Of a DNA stretch of 64,000 bases, positions 26,411 through 39,556 are shown piece after piece; the stretch's first letter is position 1, and each line of letters opens with the position of its first letter. The position numbers were made by a program, and so were the translations under genes. Location of the stretch: the NCBI GenBank assembly GCA_905178155.1, contig CAJINV010000008.1:620001-684000 (forward strand). The letters run 5' to 3'. The notes under the pieces were generated by a model, which saw nothing but the letters and a program-made list of their open reading frames with translations, was not told where the DNA came from and did not search any database. The stretch is from Amoebophrya sp. A120 (taxonomy: Eukaryota; Protista; Dinoflagellata).

Positions 26411-28620
26411 CTAGGCTCCCGCTGCGAGAGGCTTTGCCGTGGAGGTTTTTTCCTTGTTCTTCTTTTTCTTCTTCTTTTCTGGCTCCTCTGCGGTTTCGGC
26501 CTCACCCTCCTTCTCTGCTTGTCTCTTGTTTGACGTAACCACGTCCGCGTCCTGGTTGTAACTGCTGGTGTCTGTTTTCTTGGCGGTTTGCGCACTCAGG
26601 TTTGCCGCGTTCTTCAAATGTTTCCTGGATGCATTGATGTCATCACCATCCTCGCAGGCACACACCTTACGCTCCACGTACTCCTTGAACGCTTTCGCTA
26701 CTGTCGCCTCCGTGTCTTCACCCAGCGCGTCCACTCGGATCGCGAGGGCCATTTTCGCGGCCAACACGCGCGAGATTTTTCCCTTGAACTTCGATGCGGA
26801 CTTCCCCACCAGGGACGCGTGGTAGATCAAACCTGCAGTGAGTGATGAAGTTCTATCATGTCGTTGGAAAAATCAAATGCGGTCGAAAGAACTTAACACG
26901 ATACACAAACGACGTTCCGCGTAAGTTCTTTTTGTTTTTCATGATCGTCATTATCAACCTCCCAATGTCCTACAAACAGTTCTTGTAAACAGCTGGATAC
27001 CGTATTTCGGCGTGTTGCTCTTCGTCTTCATGGCTCGGAAAAGCGCTTTCTCCGCTCCCAAAACTTGCACGGTAGATGCCGGGTGTTTCGACAGCGATAA
27101 GAGGGACCCGGCATGGCTGATCAGTCGGGCGCCGATCAGTTCACCGACCAGGTGCGTCAAATTTGGTGCAATAGCGCTCATACGGGTCTGTTTGTTGTGT
27201 AGTTTCGGTTGATTTTATGCAAGAGTTGATGTTGAACAACTTCATCCAAAGACCACTACCTGATGAAGCATATTTATTTCTCAACAAAAGCAAAAATGCG
27301 ACTATGAATTTCACTTCTTTCTACCTTCAAATAGTTGCTGAGCTGCTGTCGGTATTCGAGGAGCTGAATAACGCGCTCCGTCAAGGTGTTGATGTGGTCC
27401 ATATCTTCTGTGGTCACTTCCGTGCCGTAACTGGTTTCTGCCGCTCGCTTCAGTTCGGTCTCGATTTCCTCCGGAATTTCGATCGTGGAGAAGTCGCAGT
27501 TTTTCGCGTTCGTCCGCATGCCCATCAGTTTCACCGCCTTCGCGTACACCAGCGTGTCGGTCAGGATCTTCGCCATCTCCGGGAAGTGCCACCCATACCA
27601 CTCCTTCAGCCGCATCGCAAAATTGTTCAGGTCTTTGTCTGTAGTGAGATCATTTCACACTTTATTTTATTCCGGTCGCCGCTTTGATTCGATAAAGAAG
27701 GCAAACAACTACAACCTAGTAAGTACATTCGTAAGCGAAAAAGAGAAAAGAAAAAAGTCACAGTCTGTCTTCTGGGAACAACACATACTTATATCATTCA
27801 GCAGAGCCAGTTGATATATTCTGTACCGAGGTCGTCCAGGAGGCCGATTGCCTGAATGATCATGATGTCGACCTTATCCGGAGAAAATTTCAGCTTCCAT
27901 CGGCTCATGGCGTGCGCCAGGGAGACCTGCATCTGCTTCTGCTCGTCCTTTCCAATTTCGGCCATCAGCTCTTCGATGTTCAGCCGCAAAGCTCGCTGCA
28001 ATTCCTTTGTCTGTTCCGAGACAGCGATGGAAATACCTGTTGCGATAATCATGGAGAAACATCTTCTGCTGCCATATTTAAACCAAGCTTAGCAACAGCG
28101 TGCGCATGGCTTTGGATTTGCAGAAGCAATCATGCATGCAAATCAAAATAATACGACAGTCAGTTATAAACTGTACCAAGCTTCTCCTTGATTGCCCCAC
28201 CGAGCTTTGCATCAATGACCGCAAGCTCGTCCGAGAGACTCTTTTCGACGATATTCTTCTTCAAAAACTTCTTGAGTCCCTTCCCAACTTTGCTCTCAAT
28301 CAAGCTTGCGCTCTCCTCCAGTGCCATTTTCGTGTCCTGTCAAGGTAGTTTTTTTGTGTCGGTTGCAAGGTGGAAATTTTTATTTCCTAGAAATTGCCCA
28401 AGTAATAATTTCTAGTCAGCCAATCGAAAAAAAAGATGAAACACAATACACTCCGTTTTCTTACCTTGAACTTGCTGAAGGCCACCATTTCCGCGGAGTT
28501 TTGACATAGTTCCTCGGAGGCGAATGCCGCTGCGATGTCCTCCTTTTCCGCGCTGAGAAGTCGCTCGTTCTTGATCTTGAACAGACCGTAACCAGCAGCC
28601 GTCTCCGTTAATACCAACAT
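26411..28620 (-). CDS. NOP58: Box C/D snoRNP protein Nop58 (about 6 exons)
   Basis: [86 protein letters not shown], Lys-rich tail. Confidence 0.93.
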
Positions 28621-29600
28621 GACTTCTGACTCGTGCGTTTCTTGATAAAGCAGTTGTACTTCAAAAAGACAGTCAAAACAGAATCGATAATTTCGCGGTT
28701 GCAAAACGAGTGTTTTGGAGTGGAAAAATGGATGCGTGTAGTGGAAAGATATGGAAATAATTCTTTTTGTAAGAAAGCACAAGTAGGTCTACGATGTGAC
28801 TCTAAATGCGTTATTCGTAATCAATGTCTAGCTAGGAGATCTAAATAGTATGCGACAAACACTTGATGCAAGCAGTGTAGTTGAAGGCTTTTGCTTTTTT
28901 CACGAATATAGTACCTTCTTTGTCGGTAGATTTTGTGAATGAAATTCGATCTACGCCGAACTCATCACTGTTGTTGAGGTGGAAAATCAAGTTTCGTTCA
29001 CCAACCGAGTGAAAGTCACGATTTGATAGGGGAATTTTCTAGAGCAGTGTAAGGGATCTGTCAAGGATTTTCTGCACGATCAGGATCCGCACTTTGCTGA
29101 TTTCTGTAGCGTGATTCAAAGATACTTAGGATCCTCATTTGTTCTTTTTGTTCACTTTCCATGGGTCGTGGTTTTCTGAAAAGTTTTCGTTCATTTTCTC
29201 TTAGTGCATGTAGCTGTTTATTTTCTTATCACGACTACGCACGACCGAATCTCTTGATCTGTCAAGTCAGCTTGGCCAAATAAGTCAGAGGCGCATCTGA
29301 CTTTTGTCCTTGCTCACGATTTCGTAATGATCATAGTCTGAGTTGACTCTTCACTGATTGATGCAAAGCGTCCGGCAAATACCTGACCGATTCACGAAGT
29401 TTCCTTCCAGGCACATGTGAGCTTCGTCGCAACAGCGGAACATCAGGGAGGATCGTGTAGTGATTATGCAGCGCGACGTGCGGTGCAAGCGCAAGCGCAT
29501 GCTTGGTCGTGCTAAGACGCGCTAAAAATTAAGACTGCGCGTCCGGGACAGCCACAACCTCATCAACAGCAACAAGGTAATTTTGGTCATAGCACGCTCG

Positions 29601-31242
29601 CTAGTCCTCTTCTTCCTCCTCGGTCTTTACCTCGTCTGCCGGACAGGTCGCCTGCCTAGATGGTTTGGAAAACACGGCGTCGTCCTCCGTGACCTCTTCT
29701 GGATCAATCTCTGGATTGCGTTTGCTGTTCATAACCTGCCCCCTCGTCCCGTCTGCCGTGTTGGTCAACTGAAACCACCGAAACTGCAGGTCTTTACAAA
29801 CGGCTTCCAACCCTTTGTGCACACTGTAAGCGGTTTCTCCCGCACTGTCCGCAGGCAGATCCTCTTGCTCGTAGTAGTTCAGTGTCAGCCGCAAGTTTGC
29901 TGTGTATGTCGCGATAGTCATCATACACTGATGAAGAAATAGAATCACTTTCGAAACTTTTTTCACGCGTCCAAGAACGACCGTCATGTGATGGTGATTC
30001 AAAAAAATCTAGATCAAAGTACCTATGTTTAGTCTTTGAAATAAATCCCCCCGCAGCGAGGCGAGCACGCCCCCAAAGCCGGCCACCAGGTCGGGCTGTC
30101 GCGAGATGAAACTTTCCAGCAACGAAAAGTGGAAGATGACCACTGAATTCGAGAAAGTCAACCGCAACACGCGGAAGACCAGGAGTCCGATATCTTCCTT
30201 GCCTCCCGCCTCTCTTATCCAGAGCCACTGCAGCGGACTGTCTTTCGCCCCAGGTTTGTTTGAGTCCTTTCGCAGCTCCAGCTCCAGCTGCCCCCACTTT
30301 TGCATCCCGACGGCTTTCTTCAACGTGGGATGAATCTTGGTGTCAGACGTGAGATACCTTGCATTTTGATTATAGCAGAAAAGAAATTCAGCATCAGCAC
30401 CATCTCGCGTTAGCACCAACAGCTCCACCGCGTCATAAGGAAAGAAGGAAAAATCTCCGCACCACGTATGAGCAGACGAATTTTTTTCTTACTCCGTCAC
30501 TTTGCTCTGGAGGTCGGCTTCATCCACTGCCTCTACAGGTGCCAAGTCTATCTTGAGCGAACTGCTGGCGCTGCTCTTCTTTTCACCGTCGACGATCAGC
30601 TTTTTTGTTGGCGACTTCGACTCGACCACGATCCCGCTCGGCTCTTCCGTGATACTTTTGTGGTCGGGAGAAAGCGACGCGGTTGCGTTCGCGGCCGAGG
30701 GTGAGCTCTGTGCGGCAACATTGCCCTTCCGTGGCGTCGACACGACGCTACTGCCGGCGGGGGGCGCGAGCGGCTGCGTTTTACTCTGCGGGTCCTCGTC
30801 TGTCGTCGGACTTCGTGTGGTGGAACCGACCACGGCGCCTGGCAGCGGCACATCGTGCGCCGAAGACGCAGTTGACGGCGCGTTAGGCTCGACCTTATTT
30901 GCACCGGCACCTTTTCCCGGCGAGATATCCTGTCCCTCGGCGTCGAACCTTTCTAGCTCCGTGAACTGCTCTCCGTCCCGTGCTTTACCGCCTGTAGTGT
31001 ACCGTATTGCCAACTATGTTCCTCCTGGCGACGGGGATGTCCGTGCCAGTCCGACAAGTACTAAACCACAGTGAAAAGTCAGAGCATCTCGTTCGCAAAC
31101 TTCCAGCACCTTATCCTTGTTATCGCTCGTGGGATATTAACATCATGTACTTCCTGTTCCTATCAAATACACAGGTACCTTCCGCCCCCACTTGCGTTAT
31201 CGGCTCCACCTTCCGGTGGGTTTTACTACTCTGGCAACCCAT
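29601..31242 (-). CDS. Hypothetical multi-exon protein with N-terminal MGCxxSK dual-acylation motif
   Basis: First exon reads MGCQSSKTHRKVEP (ATG 31242) and ends at a GT donor; downstream ORFs 30489-31013, 30009-30428 and 29601-30002 look like further exons. Confidence 0.5.
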
Positions 31243-31994
31243 GGTGTCGTGTCTTCGGTAGTAGTCCGGCAGGCCTTATTTTTGCTTCTGAGAATTTCCT
31301 CGTCGCTTCACCTTGCAAAAAAAATGACTCCTCTAGCAGCTGAGTCAGAGGCGTGCGTGTGCCTAATGGCTTGCAGGAAGTGCTAGTCCATCTTATGCTG
31401 TCGACCAGTAGTGAGCCTCTAGCAGCAGGAGCTCCTTCTTCGTTCTAGTCTGAGTATCACTCAACAACGATCTTTTTCTTTTGCTCAGTGGTGACCCTTA
31501 GTCATAGCTGTCACACCGAAGACACCTCGCCCTTCCCTCCAGGAAAAACACCGCTCCATGCTCGTGCAAAGTGCAGAATTGCAGTGATGCTCGAAGACTC
31601 TCTTCCAATTGCGGGCTTGCTTCGAGAGATGCTATTCTCCCCTGTGTCATTTAAAAAAACGCCGAAAGAGAAACGCGCACAAGAAACAAAGAAACTGCGA
31701 CGCAGATATTTCTGCACGATGGGGCGCTCCCTGGCCAAACGACAAGAAATAGAAAGCAATGCGCGTGATCTTGCGCGACATGAGCGCAGCCAAATCGCCG
31801 GCGGTAGAACACCTCATATTACTTAATCGACGCATACTTTGATGTGTTGGATCATATCTTCGCAGAACGCAAAAGATCTTTTGCGCATGGTCGGATCTCT
31901 CCACCGTTCTTACGTGTGGAGATTTTCAACGCACAGGCTGTTGTGCCTCAGCCAGACGGTACGAGAAATATTTCGCGCAGACACTGCAGATTTA

Positions 31995-33092
31995 CGCGCG
32001 CAACCTCAAGTTTCCGCTGCAGCAGCATGCCGTCGCCATCTTTCTCACCCTATCCAGGAAAAAAAGTGTGTAAGTGTAACTTTCTTTGAGGAACAGCATC
32101 ACAAATTTGCTCTACATGACAGAGAAAACCTGTCATGCGTGGCTTGTAAGGCAAAACACACCTGAAAAGAGAGCTTCGTGGCTGTCTGGCATGACAGGTG
32201 TAACTCTGTTGCATGTTCTGCAACACAAATTTACACTTACACAGTTTTTTTCTTGCATACACCCAGGACGGCAAGCAGTATCCGATGCTCAATCTGGTCC
32301 TTTTCCTCGAACAGCTCGCGGACGACAACCTTGCTGCTCTATGGAAGTGTCAGAATCGAAATCGACAAAATCAAAAAATTTGTGATGCATAAAATGTAGG
32401 GCACGTATGGCCTGTATTGGGCAGCAGGCAAATGAGACCGATTGCAAGCCTGTTTAGGGGAAGACGACGCGCTGCCAGAGTAGCACGACAGGAGCAGCCT
32501 TCTTTGCCCAAACAGCATGACAGACTGGATTTTGGTGCTCCCGAAATTTGTCATGCGCCACTTAAAAACTGAGGCTCCAACTGGTATCGATTTTATGCAT
32601 TACAAATTTTTCGATTTTGTCCATTTCGATCCTGACGCTTCCATATGCTCTCCGTGTTAAATATTACGGTCTTCAGGCAGCCGTCCCCCGGGGCCATGCA
32701 TTTCTCTGCTGCCTGTTATACAGTTCGTTGGGGAAACGAGATTTATTAGTATTACAAACCTCAAAAATAATTAGCTTCAGGTTCAAACATATTATTCTGA
32801 GCGCCTCGTTCAGAGTGATTCACAGCTGAAATTCGCCAAGATCGGCGAAAGTAGAACAAACATCTTCATGATCAAAAGAAATATTAGCTGCGCAATGAAC
32901 CACCCTCACCTTGTATTCGTTGTAGATGCTGGCTAGTACAGCGGAACAATGTTCGTCCCGTGAATCCGTTGGATTTGCTGCGCCCAAAATAGCTCCGTCG
33001 TCATCAATAAGCAGAATATTCTGCAACGTGGTGTCGTCGTCTTTTTCTGAGACTCGCTTCAGCGACCGCGACAGCTCCTTGGCACGCAGCAT
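31995..33092 (-). CDS. Roadblock/LAMTOR2-like protein (3' end not resolved)
   Basis: MLRAKELSRSL..ILLIDDDGAILG..SAVLASIYNEY, LKTVIFNTES|SKVVV, GMLL match the LAMTOR2 pattern; interrupted by elements at 32340-32645 and 32051-32259. Confidence 0.65.
32051..32259. mobile_element. Intron-forming TIR element, family C-like (C2), 209 bp
   Basis: TIR TATCCAGGAAAAAAAGTGTGTAAGTGTAA / TTACACTTACACAGTTTTTTTCTTGCATA; TSD CACCC at 32046-32050 and 32260-32264; same length as C1. Confidence 0.92.
32340..32645. mobile_element. Intron-forming TIR element, family D, 306 bp
   Basis: ~56-bp TIR TATGGAAGTGTCAGAATCGAAATCGACAAAATC... / ...GATTTTGTCCATTTCGATCCTGACGCTTCCATA; TSD TGCTC at 32335-32339 and 32646-32650. 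Confidence 0.93.
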
Positions 33093-34653
33093 GCTGATAG
33101 AACAGATGACCGAACCACCAAGGTAGTCAAAATGCTAATTTTCTCGGTCGCCGCACCCCATTTGCATTTCGGAAAAGATTATGTGATATTAAGATTCGCC
33201 TCTTGCTTTGAATTTGAAAATAAGAAAATAAACATTTCAGAAATAAACCTTCTGGCGCCAGTAATGTATCAAGGCCTGCTGAACGTGAACAAATGCTAAC
33301 GCGTTTAAAAAAAAATAGAACGAAAACAAAAAGCTAAAGCTTCATGGCCATATTATACGGGATCACAACGTCAGGTGTAAATATGTGTTGATCGATCAAA
33401 TCCAACGAGCTCCGCACTGCGCGCAACTCATGCTAAGAAAGGTGGATCCTTGCGCTTTTCTGTCACATGAAACTCACTAACTTTCCCCTAGGTGCCTGCT
33501 GCCTGCGACAACAACAAAAGAGGCAGATGAGCAAGAAAGGCGAAGAAAGTGAAACGCTTTCACAAGCGACAACGCCGGCGCTGCCGCTTTTCGTGTCTTT
33601 CGTGCAATTGTTCCTGTGCCATTCGTCTGCATTCGCTGCACATACGTGAGAATCGTGATACATTTCTGTCGCTAAGTGGCCGACGAGCGTCTCATCAAAC
33701 CCTTCTCAACAAGCTGCCGCAAGGAATGCGGCTGATGGCAATGATTGGTTGCTTTTTGTATTTGCGGAAAATGAAGCTTCGTGGTTTCTTTGCAAAAACT
33801 AAACATTTGAAATACAAGACGACCGAAAAGGAAGAGGTAAGTGGTTTTGCATAAATAGTGTCCTCGACGGACCGACTTATTTATTTTCTTAGACAATGTA
33901 GAGGTGCGTTCCTATGTTTCTTTTAGTTTGCAATCGAGTTTCTTCGCCTGTTCACGTGAGGCAATCACCGTAGCAGCTTGCTCAGCTTTTCATCCCTCTC
34001 TTTTGACGGGCTGTGCTTGATAAATTTTGGGTACATGTAATTGTATTTTTCAGAGATGAGGAGGCCTTCCGCGAATGGCCTCCCAAGAGTCGCGCTTTTC
34101 AGCCGAACCGAGTCCTGATCCGCCGAGGATAAACAGTCCATTGACGGCTTCCAAACGGTCCTCGTCGTCGTGTTGAAAATGGATATAAACTGGGTACTGT
34201 GTCAAAAGATTAATGGTATATAGTCTTTCAAGGTCTGTCCTATTCATGCATTAGCAACGTCGGTTGAATCAATTTTCGAAGAATCCCACGTGTTTATTGT
34301 GTTCGAAACTTAATCGGTACAAAAATTTATAAAATTGTAATTTCTATCTCCATGATCGCTATTTTTCGCATTGATACGACCTGTCCTCTCAATTTCTCCT
34401 ACCGGTTTTTCATGGACTCCTCAAACTCGTGTGAGCGTACCGGTATCGTGAGCGTTGTCGACAGCAATACTAGCGGAGATGCTGGCAATAAGAACTTTCC
34501 GCGTCTTCTAGGTCTAGGTCTTCTTCTGCGTCTCCCCATGATCGCAAGTTCGTGTATAATAATCGGTCTCGCTCGTGGTCTGGTAAGAACTTTGTTGTTC
34601 ACAGGGATCATTTTGAGATGGGTATCAGTGCTGAATACCTTGACGAAGAAAAC

Positions 34654-37600
34654 CTAGTAGACACGCTTCGCCGGGGGGACATGGTGCATCTCATCGTCCA
34701 GGGGCTGGTCGATGACCGGTCGGTAGGACAGTTCGATGGTGGCATCTTCAATGTTGCGGGAGCCCTTCTGCCAACTGAGGGTGTGCTTCATAAAGTTCTT
34801 GTCGTCCCGGTCCGGAAAGTCCTCGTGCGCCTGGGCACCGCGGCTCTCCTTGCGCGCTTCCTATCCTGAGTAAAAACGTTCCCACACCAGAGTCCGGATG
34901 GGGATTTTGCAACACAAACCTAGGTGTTTTGTGAGTCACGCATGACAAGTTGCACTCTGCAGTGTAGTGCAGTTTAGCAAGGGAAGCCGCATAACAAATC
35001 CACCTCCTCATCCTGTTCACAGCATCACAAATTCCAAAACACGATTGGAAATGGCTCTCATGGGGATGCGCGTTACAAGTCTTCCTGTCTTTGCAAATCT
35101 GCATTACAACTCTGGTGTGGGGACGTTTTTACTCAGGATACTTCCGCCGAAAACATCAGCTGTGCCGCCTGTTCAGAAGAAAAACAGAAACGCGTGAAAG
35201 GACTTTTCTTCCAAACCGCAAGAACTACTTATATTGCAATGGATATGGCTTTTTTTGGAACTGTCTAAACTGATAACGGAACTTTTTCGCGACTCTTGGA
35301 TCCTTCCCCGCCTGCTCTCGTGTTTTTTTTTAAAAAAGAGACGAGACTGAGAACGGAACTCGAAGCCGTGCAGCAGGTGCGGAAGCGGAGAAAAGCCCGA
35401 GAAGCCCCGGCCGGGGGGCGCACAGGCGGCCGAGCCATCTCGGCTGTGTGCTAGAAGCGTGGCGACTTTCGAAGCAAAACAAATCCCCGAGCGAGGGGGG
35501 CCTAAGCCCCGCGGTAGCCCTCTCTTGCGCGCCCTCCTCTCGCTGCGCGGCGTTTTTCTTGATGTTATTTTTATAGCCAAGCCAAGTCAACAAACGGGCC
35601 GACCTTGCGCGCTCAGCCGGATACTTGGACGGGAATGCCAGAGAAGGTCGCCCGCCCGCGAAGTTAGACGCGGCGGGGCTGCCCGAGAGGTGTGGCCACG
35701 AAATTAATAACCAGCAGCAACCCGCGGGGACCGAACCGAGCTCCCTACCAACCTAATGAGGCTAACGGTGGCCGCCCAACAACCGCCGTATAATAGATAC
35801 AACCACCCAAGCCCGCGCTCTAGCTGCCACTGCTGGCCCGCGCTCTAGCAGCCGCTGCATGGAGAGCCTGCTACGACTTCCCAGCAACGACGATGAGGCT
35901 CCTTGCCTTTCCATCGGTTAGCCCGCAGTCTTCCACACCCAAGGAGGGGCTCCTTTCTTGGATGTGGCAACCACATACAAGGAGCCCTGGGACACGGAAG
36001 ACGGCGAAAGAACTGCCGGCGTTGTAGCTAAGGCTGGGCGGAAGACCCTATCTATGCCCCACTGCTGCAAAGCTAACCGGCCCAAAAAAAGGCCTCGTGC
36101 GCCTGGGCACCGCGGCTCTCCTTGCGCGCTTCCGCCGAAAACATCAGCTGTGCCGCCTGTTCGAACGACAAACAGGATAAACACGTGAAGAAAGAAGTTT
36201 TCTTTCAAACTGTAACTACTATCGAACGCTCCTAGACTGGGCGCATCTACTAACTTCAATGTCATTTATTTTCGCAAGGGCAGAAACATGCACATGATCG
36301 TGCTGCATGATCGTTCCATATTCTTTCAATCGATTGAGCAAGAAAAGCTGACTGGAAACAGAATGTAGGAAGTACCTGCGTCAGCAAGTTTTCCAACTCG
36401 AGAGTTTCGATCAGGTCGGTGTTCCAGATCATGGTCTTGTCCTTCACACCAACATCCTTAAACTTCTTGTATCAAATGTAAAAATGTCTGGGTCTGGAAG
36501 AGTCATGCTGTTTCTGCATGACACAGAAGGTCTGGCGTGGAAGCTCTAGCATCACAGGTTTCGAGAAGCTTCCGCATTGCCGAACCCGCATGACAAATCT
36601 TCCACTTTGGTGACAGAAAGCGAGCAGCTTTTGCTACCTATGCATGAGAGATTTTTGTGTGTTCTGAAATGCGCATCACAGGTTACATCCTTCCAGACCC
36701 AGATATTTTTACATTTGATATCTTGTAAACGTCGACAACCTTTTTCTTTCCCTCGATCAGGTCCTTTGAATTTCGGTACACGGGGGCGTGCGTCTGCATA
36801 ACGGACTGGAGTTCGGAACGCAAATCCGCTGTGGGAATCGGCCCAGACTTATTGCGGATTTGATCAAACCTGTGTTCGTGTTGCATTGTTACGTACGTCT
36901 GATGTTGAGTTTTTTCGTACGTCAATTAATCCGCCACACTGCTAGTCCTTTTTTTCTAAACATCGACTCTGCCACGGCATAGCTTGTTCCTCTGCCTGTA
37001 AATCTGACCGAAACTTTAACTTGCACCAAGGAGGATACAACAAGAATACCTCTGCAGCGTCACCTCGCCGGCGTTTTCCTTCAGTTTGACTGGTGGTGAG
37101 TTCGGCTTGACCAAGGCGGACACTGTCTCTGCCGCGGTACGGCCGAAGACGACCAAATCCAATAGGGAGTTCGCTCCCAACCTGTTAGCACCGTGCACGG
37201 ACGCACAAGAAGCCTCACCTGTAGTAAGTATGTCATGGCTTTAGTATTCGAGCACGCGGATGGAGCGACCACGCGTGCTCCCGCGAGTGTGAACGAAGAG
37301 GACATGCAGAAGAATCACAGTGGCGTAGTCGTCACTTATCAAATTTCGTTTCTACTCTTCGTAAGTACTACACGTGAATAAACTACGACAGCTACTTCAG
37401 CTGATGCAAGGTCTTCTGACAAGAGTGAGCTCCTACGCCTAGGCTTCGAACAAGAAGTAGCGCACAAGACACATAAACTTTCTGTTCCTACCTGCAGCGA
37501 AGAGTCCTGGCACAATTTTCTCGTCCTTGGTGAGCACCTCCGCCTTCCAGTTCGTGGGGACGCCGCCCATGTTGTAGTGGACGGTCGGCAGCACCGGGAT

Positions 37601-39556
37601 GGGCTCCTTCGTCACGTCCACCCCGGCGAAAATCTTTGCGGTTTCGGAGATACCCGGCAGCCGCTGGGCCAGCGTCTCGGCGGGCAGGTGGTCCAAGTGG
37701 AGGTAGACGTGATCTTTGTGCGGGCCCACACCTCGCCCCTCCCGGATCTCCATGGTCATACTTCTCGAAACCACGTCGCGCGAGGCCAAGTCCTTCGCGG
37801 TGGGGGCGTATCTTGCCATGAAGGGTTCACCTGTGGTCATTATATGCACGGGGAAGATGTTGCAACGAGTAGTAGTTGATGTTGCATTTTTTGTTTGCGA
37901 AGGAAATGCAGCTCAAAAGGCTAAGGCTTCTCATTCGTGCCTCTTTCGCCTCTCCAGAACCGCCAGAAAGCGATTCGTGACCGTGCTCAAATAATCAATG
38001 CCACCGACATCATAGAGGTGGACACGCGGCGAACCAAAGAACGTCTGTACCTTCGCTGTTCTTCAAGATGCCTCCCTCCCCACGGCAGCCTTCCGTAATC
38101 AAGCAGCCAGCTGGGAAAATCCCAGTTGGGTGGAACTGCACGAACTCCAAATCCTCCAGCGGCAGACCGATACGCGATGCCATGGCTGTAGTATTTGATA
38201 CACGACAAGCCGTTTCTTGCGTACCAACAAAAGAATCAAGACAATCAATCGTGAAACGTGCTGAAATAAGTGGATGCATGATCCGTATGACTTTCAATAG
38301 CCAACATCGCATTGAAGGATGGTAAGTACCGCCGCCATCGCCCGTGCAGGTGTGTGCGGACGTACAGGACTGGTAGGCTCGCCCGAACCCGCCCGTAGCC
38401 AATACCGTCGCGTGGGAGCCAAATCGGTGGAGGCTGCCGTCTTCCATGCACAGCGCGAGGCACCCAACCACCTTGCCATCGTCATCCTGGATCAGGTCCA
38501 AGGCGAAGTACTCCACGAAAAATAGGCAATCTGGAGGGCAATTGTTATCGGAAAATGAATTGCGTGTGCGATGAAAATCCGAAGGAATTCCGAAAAAAAA
38601 ATCCACATCGTCCAGCTCGACGACACGGCTGTCGCGAAGATAATCCTGTAGCAAGCACAGTTGCAAAAAATCTTTACCGTGCTTCAACGCCATGCCGTAG
38701 AGTGTGTGCAGAATTGCGTGCCCCGTCCGATCAGCCGCGGCGGCGCAGCGGTAGGCCTGACCGCCTTTCCCGAACTGCAGCGACTGCCCCCCGAAAGCTC
38801 GCTGGTAGATCTTACCATCCTCCGTGCGAGAAAACGGCAGTCCAAAGGACTCCAGTTCCAACACCACTTTCGGTGCCATCCTGTTGCGAGTTGTGTGATA
38901 GGTACCGGTTTGGAATCGCATGAGCCACAAAAATTTCTCTGTCTAAATCGCTTCATTACTCACCCGCCAAACCTGATTCAGTCCTGCAGCCAAGAGCAAT
39001 GTCTTCAAAATCTACCTCTAGTAGTCGTAGTCCTGCTCTCACTTTGTGCCAGATACATCAACTTGCTGAAGACGAGAGTACCTGCACATATGCTGGATGG
39101 CATCCTGGTCCCCAAGCCAGTCCGCACCTTTCACTGTGTCGTAAGCGTGCCACCTCCAGTCATCTTCCGTCATGTTGGCCAGGGCCGCATTTATTCCACC
39201 CTGGGCTGCGACGGTGTGCGATCGCGTGGGGAAAACCTTGGTGATGCACGCGGTGTTTAAACCATTGGCAACCAGCCCTGCGGCCGCCCGCAGACCCGCA
39301 CCACCTGCGCCGATAACCACCGCATCAAACCTGTTTAGTAAGTTACTCGGATCAAACTCATATCAAGTGGAAAGATGTTGACCCGCACAGAGTTGGTACC
39401 TCTCTGCGTGATGAAGAATCTTGATTTTCATCCTACTAAAAAACTGCAATACGAGTGGTCGTGAACGGTGTAGCCCGCGAGTTGCTTTGTGCTAATACTT
39501 CGGGTGCCTGCGCGACGCAGCGGCGCACCGAAGCCGTGCCGCAACGTAGACAACAT
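34654..39556 (-). CDS. SDHA: Succinate dehydrogenase flavoprotein subunit (multi-exon)
   Basis: [84 protein letters not shown]-terminal PPAKRVY; N-terminal mitochondrial-type presequence. Confidence 0.97.
34862..35140. mobile_element. Intron-forming TIR element, family B (B2), 279 bp
   Basis: TATCCTGAGTAAAAACGT...ACGTTTTTACTCAGGATA; TSD CTTCC at 34857-34861 and 35141-35145; empty-site duplicate at 36093-36162. Confidence 0.97.
36093..36162 (-). repeat. Duplicate of an SDHA exon segment ([21 protein letters not shown]) without the B2 insertion
   Basis: Identical to 34821-34861 + 35146-35174, with a single CTTCC (36129-36133). Confidence 0.95.
36470..36720. mobile_element. Intron-forming TIR element, family A (A2), 251 bp
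   Basis: Family-A TIRs; TSD TCTTG at 36465-36469 and 36721-36725; splits SDHA DVYK|KFKD. Confidence 0.95.

Noticed and set aside
33463-34247. Possible small gene between LAMTOR2 and SDHA
   Set aside because: Short ORFs with no motif and no convincing exon chain.
35317-36099. CACGAG...poly(A)-CACGAG as a retroposon TSD
   Set aside because: Sequence after the second CACGAG does not resume the SDHA exon, so the 6-mer is probably coincidental.
34862-36720. U12-type intron reading (GTATCCT donor at B2, AT-AC ends at A2)
   Set aside because: The similarity comes from the TATC TIR plus a TSD base. Other copies lack RTATCCTT and I saw no TCCTTAAC branch site near the 3' ends.
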